DNA of 64,000 nt from the human T2T-CHM13v2.0 reference genome, Homo sapiens. The notes under the pieces were generated by a model, which ran no database searches, was not told where the DNA came from, and was given only the letters and a program-made list of their open reading frames with translations. Positions 53,361-64,000 of the stretch are shown here, one piece after another (positions within the stretch are counted from its first letter, which is position 1; every line of letters begins with the position of its first letter). Position numbers and translations under genes: made by a program. The stretch lies in NCBI RefSeq assembly GCF_009914755.1, contig NC_060926.1. One strand, written 5' to 3'.

Positions 53361-55149
53361 ATGTCCTGGGCTCTTCTCTTGTTCACTTGAGGGATCCATG
53401 CATCTCCTACTCTCCTTCCTGCCTTGGCAGAGTCGGACAATTTGGCCTGAGGCAAAACAGTCTTTCGAACAAAGAGGACACACCAGGCCTCCTCGAAGAC
53501 TGCCAAGCTCTGTCTAGTTCCCCAGGAAGCAGCCCTCTTTCCCCTCATTTCCAAGGAAAAGTGTCCCATGCTGGGCCCGCTCACTCACTGGCACACAGCA
53601 GAATCTTCAGTGTCAGCCGCAGGGGTGGGACGGGAAGGTAAAGAGGAAGTGCCCTAGGGAAGGAGACACAAAGGGAAGAAACGCTCCTCAGGCTAAGTAA
53701 TTCAGAAGTGACAGGGAGCCCAGGGGCAAGTCACTCCAGGAAGGCAGGAGCTGGGGGTGGAGGCCGCCAAGAAAAGCTGTTCCTCGGAGGACAGAGGGAG
53801 AGTCCAGCCAGGGGGAGTGGGCGCTGGGGGTGGAGAGGAAGGAAGCCAGGTGACCAACACAGGAAGGTGGGTCCCTGCAAGTGCTGGCTCCCGCGCAGGT
53901 GGGCGAGCCCCGGGGAGACGCACCAGGCCGGTGCCAGGAGAAAGCAGAGCGTGTGATGATGCTGGGCATGCTGGCAGTCACTGACAGACACCAAGACTCA
54001 CCCCGTCTACCCGTTGTGGAGCCACTGCCCTCTTCTGCCTGTCACCCTCCAGTCCCTCAAGCACAGCCCCAGCCCAGCCCCATCAAGGTCTGCTCCTTCT
54101 TACCCAAGGAGGTCCAAGCTCCCAGGAGGGGTCTGGCAGGTCCCCTCGGCCTGAGCTGGCCCAGTGCCCGCCCTGCTCTCAGGGCACCGGCTCCTGGCAG
54201 GGCCTCCCTAGCGCTCCCCACAGCCCCCACCTTGGTGGCCCAGTCATCTTACCCTATCTTCAGAGCCAGCCTGGGCACCATCCCCCTGGCAGCCCCAAGG
54301 AGCCCCAGGGTGGGGTAAGCGCCCTTTCTCCAAGCCCCCCATCGGCTGCCGGGGCCCCTTGCTCATCCTCTCCACTGGGAAGGCCAGAGAGCAGCCCCTG
54401 CCCCACCACGGGGTCACACTCACCACAGGGTCACAGGAAACAAAGGACAGAAGAACACCAAGCCAGGCTCAGCACCTGCACGCAGACACTGACAGTGGGA
54501 TAGGGAGACAGTGGAATGCTCCGGACCTGGCTGCGGGGTGACTCGGGGGGAAGCGGATGCAGACTGCAGGCTCCATCTGGCCCGTGGTGGAGTGTGGCCA
54601 GCCTGCCATCCAGCCGGGGGCGCCAAGACTCCACTGGGCTGGGAGGGCGTGCACGAAAAAGGGGATGAGACCTGGGGTCGGGGGCGCGGCGTGGGCCCAT
54701 GGGTGCCAGAGCCAAGAGGGCCCTCATGAGGCTCGATTCATTCAGAGAAAGAAAACAGCACAATCAGTTCTGGAGATCTGGACCAGAGGAATAAGAAGAA
54801 ATCCCACTGCGGAATGCGCGAGCTCTGCAATGGCCCGCGTCTTTGGGTAAATCGAGGATGGGCATATGCACACAGACGTCCGTGCACACATTTAACTTCT
54901 TATATAATTCATGTATTTAATGTACATTTACATTAAATTATACATGTTATAAATACACATTTACTATGTATTCTATATTGATAATATAGACATATTTTAT
55001 CTATGTGTAGCTATAGTTATTGTATGTATAAACATTTGTTTTTTCCCATCTTTCTCTCTATAGTTAGCAAACATTTGAGTTAACCACGGGGCTGACAGTA
55101 ACCTTGTGTTTCAGAAGAACCACCTGCCTTTAAAAACTCTAATTGAATA

Positions 55150-55330
55150 GCTATTTAATGGGTGTATGTTAATAGCTTCAGTTTTGCAAGATGAAAAAAT
55201 TCTAGAAATTGGGTGCACAACCACGTGAATATAATTAACACTGCTGAACTGTACACTAACAAATGGTTACAATGGTTAATTTTGTTAGGTGTTTCTTACC
55301 ACAATTGAAAATTTTTTTTATATTTAAAAG
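55150..55330 (+). mobile_element. L1M 3'-terminal fragment
   Basis: tttaatggg..agcttcagttttgcaagatgaaaaaattctaga..aacactgctgaactgtacact..aaatggtta..atggttaattt..ttaccacaat. Confidence 0.8.
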
Positions 55331-56269
55331 CCGGAAACACACACACAATCAAATAAATTGCCCAAACTGCTTGTTCACATGGATTCTTTCCCGCTTTGTC
55401 CCCAACTTCAGAGGCATTGCTGCTGCCTACCGATCTCCACTCGGCCTTCACGTCCCATCTCAGAAAACGAGGGATGCCCGGTTTAAACGTTCCCGTACAC
55501 AGCGCACACTTCCTGTGGATCGAGGTCACCCCTCAGCAGCGCCTCCCGGATGCAAGGAGCAAACACGGGTTCACGTCCTGATAGCTGAGAAAATGACTGG
55601 CAGTGACTGAAACAACAGCATCCCACACACAACACACACATCAGGATGTTTAAAGTATATTTATGGTGACTGAGCTGTCACCTGAACACGTGACGTACAC
55701 GCGATGCTCTGAGGAAGGAAACCGTCTAGGAACCAAGAGTCACGGAGCTGCCTCCCGCGACCGCCTTCCTCAATCACTACAATGAAAACACGCAGTGAGC
55801 TGAGCTGCAGTGAAGACAAATGACTCTCAGTGCTTCGTTTTAGCATATTCTAAAAATGCAATTTACAATTCAGCAATATCCTTTCTTTTTATGTAGTCAC
55901 TACAACACAAACATGCCTCTTTGTTATCTCGAACTACATCTGCATGCAAAACACGCTCTGGCTGGGAAAATGTAAGTTCTGGGGAATCGAAACCCATTTT
56001 TCAAATCTGAAAGAGATGGAGAAATGAAAAGAAACGAAAAGGAGAGGAGAAAGGTACATTTTATTCACATGCAAAAAAATGTAAATGAAAGCTGGTTTCA
56101 TTTCCTCACCCCCAAGCTGGTAAATGATGTATGTAACTTGTCCCAAGAGTTTTCAAAATTACTATTTAAGTTCTATGACTGTACAGTGGAACAAAATCCA
56201 TACTGGGCAAATGCAGTGCCATTTACTTCTAATGCTAAATAAATGCTCATGTTCTGGACTTAATGACAA

Positions 56270-56476
56270 GAGAGCTTCTCACCCTAGGTACCAATGACAT
56301 TTGCGACGGACAATTCATTGTCCCATGTGCTGTAGAATGTTCAGTGGCAACCCTGGCTTCAAACTACTACAGGCCAGTACCACGCCCCCAGATGTGACAA
56401 CCAAAACTGTCTCCAGACACTGACAAATGTCCCCTGGGGGAGGAGGGTGCAAAACCTCCTAGGCGAGAGATCCCCT
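56270..56476 (-). mobile_element. MER20 (hAT-Charlie)
   Basis: tgtagaatgttcagtggcaaccctggc, gtgacaaccaaaactgtctccagacactgacaaatgtcccctggggg. Confidence 0.82.
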
Positions 56477-57317
56477 AAAATAGACTCAAGCCAGAGTGAC
56501 TGAAGTCACCGCCCCCCAGTTCCACGTCACACACACACACTCCATCAGCTGAGACTGCTCACTGGGCTTTGGAAGCCAGGGCAACACAGTCCCAGTTGCT
56601 CAGGCCCCCAAAGCCAACAGTGATACAGATCACATACGGCTCCCTAGGGCCAAGGGCTCTGCTTCCCCAAGGGCTGGGATCTCCATATTCCTCAGCACAA
56701 TCAGCGACAGCACAGACTCACACCAGCAGGAGCTGCCTTCCCAAGTTAGTCAGGACCTGCACCCACGTAACAGATTAAAATTAGGCACGCTAATTGTTAA
56801 ACTGTCGCTGCAGAAGCTGGGAATACCATTTTTTTAAATGAATAGAATTAATGGATTCTTTATTTGCGTGCATTGGTGATACTCAGCCTGTCTTTTATTA
56901 TCAAAGCAATCATAAAACGTCGCTTCTGCCACATATGCAAATTAAATCATTAGTATTTTTCCCAATTACAGCAACTGCTTATTTGTATTGCTGATCTATT
57001 CTACCAGTTTAGTTCCTCTAATATTAATGATACTGGAAATGCTTTAATAAAACTCTCAGGCAATACAAGATACACATTTTCTACTTTGTGCCTTTCTGAT
57101 CATGTAATGGGTAGGACCACCCAGAGTGACCCAGATGGGCCACGTCTCAGAGACTGAACCCCGGAGCCACAGTGCTCTGCCCTCTACATGGGCCCCCAAA
57201 CAGGGCTTCCCTGACTCCTCCCCACAAAGGGGAGAAACAGCCCAGGGGTCCTGTGGGTGGGGCCAGGCCAGGAAAAGCCAGCCCACCGTGATGGGAGCTT
57301 TCTTTAACAGCTTACAC

Positions 57318-57613
<296 letters not shown>

Positions 57614-58929
57614 AACAGCTTACACTTTCTAACAACTCAAGTGAAGTGTTCATTTCACTGTGTAACTGCCCACGTTACAGGCATGGTTGGCTTAATACCC
57701 AGTGTTCTCCAACACGGTCTCACAGTCCAGTTCACGGATCTCACCCCGCTCACCCAAAGGCTCCCGTTGTCGAGGAAGATGTGCTTGTTTCCCGTGGCCA
57801 CCCCTGACCCTGGCTCCAGCCCACAGGGGGAATCCTCCACCATGATGCCCCTCACAAGCAGGAGGCCCTGGCACTGCTCTGAGCCCTGCACCTTCCCGTA
57901 AAGTGCATAACCACTGAGCAGATCCTCGCTTGGAGGCTGGACAAACGTCAGTGTCTGTGAGTTCAGAATCTGAAAGAAGGATAAAGCTGCCTCTCGGGAG
58001 ATGGAGCAGGGCTTGGAAACAGATCTGATGACATGTGGGCAGGCAGGGGCAGGGGTGGCAGAGGTCGGCTTCTTAAGCACTCAGCCGGAACAGGTGCCTC
58101 CTCAACTGGCTCCTCTGAGCGCCACAGAGAAACCCACGGCAAGCGCAGTCTGGGCCACAATGAAGCAACAAGGAAGCAGTTAGTTTTGCAAACCCAATAC
58201 GCTCAAAGAGCGCCCGATCAATCCATTACCATTTATTCCCTCTCTGTACCTGGTGGGAGAAAGCGCGGCAACGACACCGCCTCAGCAGCTCTCACTCAAG
58301 GGCGTGGGGTGGGGGGCAGGGTAGAGCACTGCCTCGGGCCAGCTGATGGCCCCTCCCTCAACGATGGCCGGGGCAGGAATGGACAACAGAGACTGGAAAG
58401 TGAGAAAAATGATACAAAGTGGAAACAGGATGCAGACAGGATGAAGCTCATCCACACAGTCCCACAGAGTCCCCCAGACAGCATCAGCCCCGCCAACAAG
58501 GCCAGACAAGGACAGACGTGAGAGCCACTGGAGGGCAGGGCGGCTGGAAGAGCTGCCATCGCTGGCACCTGGGCACCGTGCGAGAGGCCTACTGACGTGA
58601 GTAACGAGGCGCAGTCCACTCTCGCCTCTAATGGGAAGCCACGAACAGCCCGGACACAGACAGAGAAGCAGCTCGTGGGCAACCCTCCATCGTGCTCTGC
58701 AAAGGCAGAAAACCCAGGGGGACCTGGCTGCACACCACATCGATGGGAAAGACACCCAGGCTAATATTAGGGGATGCCCAGATCCCAGGTCCTCTGTATC
58801 AGCTGTTCGTAATCTGGGATACCTGCGTGGGCTGAAAAGATCCATGATCTCCCTAAAGCCACATTCGAAATGACATATTTTAGTACCTCTCTCTATCATA
58901 TGGAAATGTTTAATGAAAAAGAAAACTGA

Positions 58930-59250
58930 GGCTAGGCATGGTGGCTTACACCTGTAATCCCAGAACTTTTGGTGGCCTAGGTGGGAGGATCCCTTGAGAC
59001 CAGGAGCTCAAGACCAGCCTGGACAACATAGTGAGACCCCTGTCTCTACAAAAAAAAAAAAAAAAAAGCCAGATGTGGTGGTGCACGCCTGTAGTCCCAG
59101 CTACTCAGGAGGCTGAGGCAGGCAGATGGAGAGAGCCCAAGAGGTCAAGGCGGCAGTGAGCCATGATTGTCCCACTGCACTCCGGCCTGCACAACAGATC
59201 AAGGCTCTATCTCAGAAAAAGGCAAAGGAAACGGAAGAAAAGAAAGAGAA
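58930..59250 (+). mobile_element. AluJ element
   Basis: ggaggatcccttgagaccaggag, gcccaagaggtcaaggc, expanded middle A-run, purine-rich tail, gaaaactg on both flanks. Confidence 0.9.
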
Positions 59251-62200
59251 GGGAAAACTGCCCTGCATCCGAAGGAATGGGTCCTAGGCGGCAACAATGA
59301 GTCTGCTTTGTTTCAGTGGACATGGCCCCAGCACCATATACCCCACGGCTCTGTCCCCTGCTTCTGATCCCTAAAATGCCGATTTGTATTCAAACACATA
59401 CAAAGATGACACTTTAACAATACAACAGCTTAAATAAAACTTCCAAATACATCAGCCCTCGGACCAAGCACCAGGAAGATGAGACACAGGCAGGACCTGA
59501 GGAGGGGCTCAGGGCTCCTCTCTGCACCCCACCGGGCCCAGAAACTGATGGGGAGGTGCACACCCAAGGGCTCCAGCGAGCCAGGATACAGGAGAACAGA
59601 ACTGCGGACATTTTGTGCACAGGGACAGGGACAAGGCTTCCATGGAAGAGCCCTTCCCATCCCTTCCCTTCCATCTTGGCTCTCTCTCCTGAGAAGGGCA
59701 CCTTGCTTCCCGGCCGCCTCCACAGGACTGGCACAATCGGAGGCCCATAGCCCCTGACTGCTTTGCGTGGAGGCCCTCTCCCCAGCATCCCCAGCACCTC
59801 AGCTGAAAGGTCTCCTCCAAGCCTCAGGAAGAAGCCTTGCCCTCAGCTTCCCTTAGCCAGAGGCGACACTCTTGGAGCTCAGTACATGGGGGCACACAGC
59901 GGGCTGGCTGCTCTCAGCAGGAGGAAGCACTGGCTGGCAGTGTCAGGAGGTTCCGGGGGCCTCCGGGTCACCTCCGAGGACTGAAGAAAAGGAGGCTCCT
60001 GGCCCACGACTCTGCCCAGCTCAGCAGCGGGGAAGCTCTGCCTCCACCCGGCTCCCTGTTGGTGGCCAGAGCGGGAAGGCAGAGCTAGAGCATGGAAATG
60101 AGTGGCCACAGGGGCCCCTGTTCCCTCTGAAGTCTCAGCCTCAAGCCCCCTGCCTGCCTGTGCCAGGAGCCCTTGCAGCTTCACGTGCACAGCACAGCCT
60201 ACCAGTGGGCAAAGCCGGCCTGTGATAAGGAACACGCACACGCCTGTCCCTGATTCTACAGACGCCACCCCAGGAGCCCCAGAAGGACCATGTGATACAA
60301 CAGGACACAGGGAGCCTGACTGCAGCCTCGTCCATTACTCACTACAACTCACAAAGGGGACAGGAGGCCAGGCAAGCCACGGTGAGTGCCGAGGAAGCCA
60401 CGGAGGCTGTGATGACCCTTCCTGCCGGTACAGAATCAAAAAGAGGCCACTGGGCCCCGGAAAGCGGTCCAAGACAGTCTCCTACAGCTCTGCTCTGGGA
60501 GCCCCAAACAAGCCCCGGAGGCAAGGTAAACAGAGGCCCAGGGACAGGAAAGCTCAGGTGTGCCCTAAACAAGGGCTAAACAATGTGGCCAGACCCAAGG
60601 ATGAGGGAGAAGGAATCTGGGTCGGGGAGGCTGGGCCAAACCCTGGAAGACCCGGCAGGCAAGGCAGAGGGGCCTGCGTTTTACTCTAGACAATGATGAG
60701 CCGCAGGATGCCAGGACCAGGGCAGAGAAGGAAGGCTGAGAGTCGGAGCACAGGGAAGAGAGGCTGGGGCCTGTGTCTCGGAGGTTCAGAGCCACTGTCA
60801 GGTCCCAGTCCTGACTGTGCTGCTGGGGCTGGGGCGGCCGCACAGGGGGAGTCAAGGTCACAGACACTGAGACTCAAATGCTCAAACGGAATTAGAGGCA
60901 TCCTCAGTTTCTGTACGAAAATGGGTGGCACTGGAGGGACGAGGAAAGACCAAAGAGAGATGGGTCACACCAGAGGCAGATGAGTGTGTCCCAACCACGG
61001 GAGGAACCACATGACAGAGGTTCAAAACCACCTTCCCAAGAGGAGCGTCAGCTGAGGGTGCAGGTCCTGGGGGCATCCCGGGGTGGCCGGCCAGGGGAGG
61101 GTGCGAGGCCTCTGGAGCCCACGGATGTTGGTGGGTAAGGCGTCCATGCAGAGGCATGCTTGGAGCACCACTGTGTGTTCCAGACAAGCCGCCAGACCAC
61201 GTCTGGGCCTGAAATTTAACAATGTAATGCACTGTAAGGAAATCCCATGAGCACCGGCTTTAGGTGTAAGAGCTTGACTTTCATAAACAACGTAGTCACG
61301 ACCTAGAGGAGCAAGAGCCACATCCCAGACACAGTACCGAGAACTTCTGCTCGTAACAAGGCTGGCCCTTGTCCAGAGACAGCCCAGTTCTAACAGTGAA
61401 AACACAGTGGTCTCCCTGGAGAGAAGAGAAGCTGGGTGAGAACTGTGCATGAGAGAGGATTTCGCCACCCTCACCACCATCAGATGTACCCATTTTAGAG
61501 AAACTCCACCCTTCCTCATTAGGTGGCAGCGATCAGAGGTGAGTGGCTGTTCTGGGTTCACCAGGAATCACGCCAGAGGAGCCAGACTGCACACGACTCC
61601 AGTGCGTGAGCACGTGTGTGCAGATGTCTGTCCGTGCGTCTATCTGTATGAGGGTGTGTGCGTGTCCGGGGAGCACGAGTGTGTGGGTGGGAATGCTTGC
61701 TGTGTGTGGCACGTGCACACGCACGTACATGTGTGTTGAGGAGGAAGAACACTCACTAGGGCTGCAGTCCTAGAACTTCAGTGGGAGCTAAAGACAGAGA
61801 AGAGGGGACTGCTCACAAGTGGCCTGGATGGGGTCACCCACTGAAGCAGCCGCGGGCCCACAAGCACCAGAATGGCTGCAGCAGGGGCTGGAGAGTGGCC
61901 AGAAGATCCCCCGGTGCACCCAGGCCAGGAGGCCACTTCCAGCCTCAGTCCCGCCGCTGCGTGCCTGGCCAGGACCACAGGGCCGGCCACCACCAACGCA
62001 ATGCCCAGGAGAGCCTCCCACCCCTTACTTTACAAAACCCCCCACCTTCGCCTGGAAGAAACCTCCTCTTAGAGGTGTGCAGGTTTGAGGTTCTCTGCCT
62101 CTCCCTCCAGCCTAGAGACAGGACGAGGCACAGCACTCTGTGACCAGAGAAAGCTCCAGCCTGTCTTCAGGCAGCATCTGTGCCAGCCTTGTGCCCCAGC

Positions 62201-63610
62201 TGACAGGGACAATACGCTTTATACCCAAAACAATTCAGCCAGGGCAGGGATACTGCAATTCTGATCGTGTGGAGAAGAAAACCGAGGCTTAGAGCGGTTG
62301 GGTCAATGGCACCAGAGCAGCTGGAATGTGGCTCCACCAAGATGCACCTGGGCCCTAAAAAGCCTAAAAAGCCGAGCTCCTCCTCACTCTACTTTCCAAC
62401 AAGAGTGCGCCCCTGGAGGAGCCGCGCCTCCTGCCTGGGGCTCATGGTTCCACCACGCATTGCAATGGGCACTAAGGGGAGTGGAAGGCGTGGGCTCAGG
62501 AGCAGCAGCCAGCTCAGATCCACACCCCCACCCCACCGCTCTCGCTTGGGGCCGCAGTGGCCACAGGTATCAGACGGGAGGACGGGTATCCACGCCACAG
62601 GTGTGCAGGGACTAACGGACCACACGTCATAACATGGGGCCCAGCACACAGAAGACACCCACTGCAGAAACATGGCAGGACGCAGCTGGGCAGGTCCTCC
62701 CTGAAGCCGAGGGAGGCAGCGAGTTCATTCACCTCATAGCACCTGGGGTTGGGGAAAGGCTGGGCCATTGACCTCCTGTGTTACTTATCCTGACAACAGT
62801 TCTTCAAGGAGGAAACCCTGAAGTCTGCTTTGCAGATGGGTGGACCCGGATGAGGGAGGTGGCAAACTGACCACTGTGGCTCTCCGCTCGCTGGAGGGCC
62901 GCAAGCCTGGACTTTGAAGCTCATCCACCTAATCCCAAAGCACATTCCTTCTAACACACCACTTGCCCGCAGGGAGGCAGATGCGGTCAGTGCGGCTTCC
63001 AGGACTATCTGGGCCCGGGCCACGTTTGCATCGGCCTTCTCAGGCACCTGCCCACCTCTGCATGGGACAGATGAGCCAACATGGCTCAACCCTTCTCTGG
63101 AGCATCCTCAGATGACCAGCAGAGCCTTGGTCCTCTGGGTGACCTGGGTGCCTGGCCCCAGAGGGCAGCTGGACCGCACGGCTGGAAGGACCACCCTCTG
63201 GGCCCCCCTTTGGCAGCCATGGCCCTGATCCGTCCTCCACCATCCTGTGGGTTGGAGCCCCCACCCCGCCCCTTGGGGTCACTGGGCTGCAGCCGCAGGG
63301 ACTCTGCCACACAGGCTCCTCCCTTCCTGGCCCCCACTCCCCACTCTAAGGGCCCCAGGCTTCTCTGCATCCAGCCAGTCATCAGCGGAGGGAGTGTGTG
63401 GAGGGATCTCCCTGCTGAGCTGCCATTACTTCTATCCACCTTTCCCACTGGCCATTTTGGCACACTTGGGCTCTGACTTCCAGGGCCCCGGGTTTTCCCA
63501 GGAAGCAGCAGAGACACAGGGAGGCCACTGTGTGTTAGTCTCCACTGCCAGAGAACCCTGCCGAGGGCTTCTCCCACAGGCCCTGGGAGCCCGCATTCTG
63601 CCTCTGGGAT

Positions 63611-64000
63611 TGAGAGGTGAAGCCAGCTGGACTTCTGGGTCGGGTGGGGACTTGGAGAATTTTTCTGTCTAGCTAGAGGATTGTAAATGCACCAATCAGC
63701 ACTCTGTAAAAATGCACCAATCAGCACTCTGTGTCTAGCTAAAGGATTGTAAATGCACCAATCAGCACTCTGTAAAATGGACCAATCAGTAGGACGCGGG
63801 TGGGGACAAATAACGGAATAATAGCTGGCCACCCCAGCCAGCAGCGGCAACCCATTTGGGTCCCCTTCCATGCTGTGGAAGCTTTGTTCTTTCGATCTCC
63901 ACAATAAATCTTGCTGCTGTTCACTCTTTGGGTCCGCACTACCTTTAAGAGTTGTAACACTTGCCGCGAAGGTCCGCAGCTTCATTCTTGAAGTCAGCAA
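63611..64000 (+). mobile_element. ERV9 LTR (LTR12F-like), runs off the window end; antisense to HDAC4
   Basis: Starts tgagaggtgaagccagctggacttc; repeated accaatcag units (4 CCAAT boxes); aataaatcttgctgctg; gaaggtccgcagcttcattcttgaagtcagc. Confidence 0.92.

Noticed and set aside
63086-64000. 304-aa - strand ORF
   Set aside because: Largely the antisense reading of the LTR12 repeat units; not a retroviral or cellular protein.

Overview
Human genomic DNA (many Alu, L1, MaLR, ERV9 LTR and DNA-transposon fossils, GC-rich and VNTR-rich, including an AluYa5-like insertion). The whole window lies inside the HDAC4 gene, which is transcribed from the - strand (recalled location 2q37.3). The only HDAC4 exon here is the 241-nt start-codon exon at 27534->27294: 219 nt of 5'UTR containing two uORFs, then ATG and 22 coding nt (MSSQSHP + G of Asp8). 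Higher coordinates are the upstream intron and lower coordinates the downstream intron. The MIR2467 hairpin (26340-26420, -) sits about 870 nt downstream of the exon's donor. The most unusual unexplained structure is a 209-bp inverted duplication of apparently unique sequence (3985-4193 / 4512-4720, one mismatch, 318-bp spacer). Other items of interest are a 1.5-kb minisatellite apparently grown from an Alu 3' end, VNTRs that multiply transcription-factor motifs (DR3, CCAAT, E-box), a local templated insertion, an antisense LTR12F promoter and several homeodomain-motif-dense blocks. Nearly all ORFs in the supplied track are spurious. Repeat subfamilies and gene identities come from recalled consensus sequences, not a database search. 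No new protein-coding system is supported.
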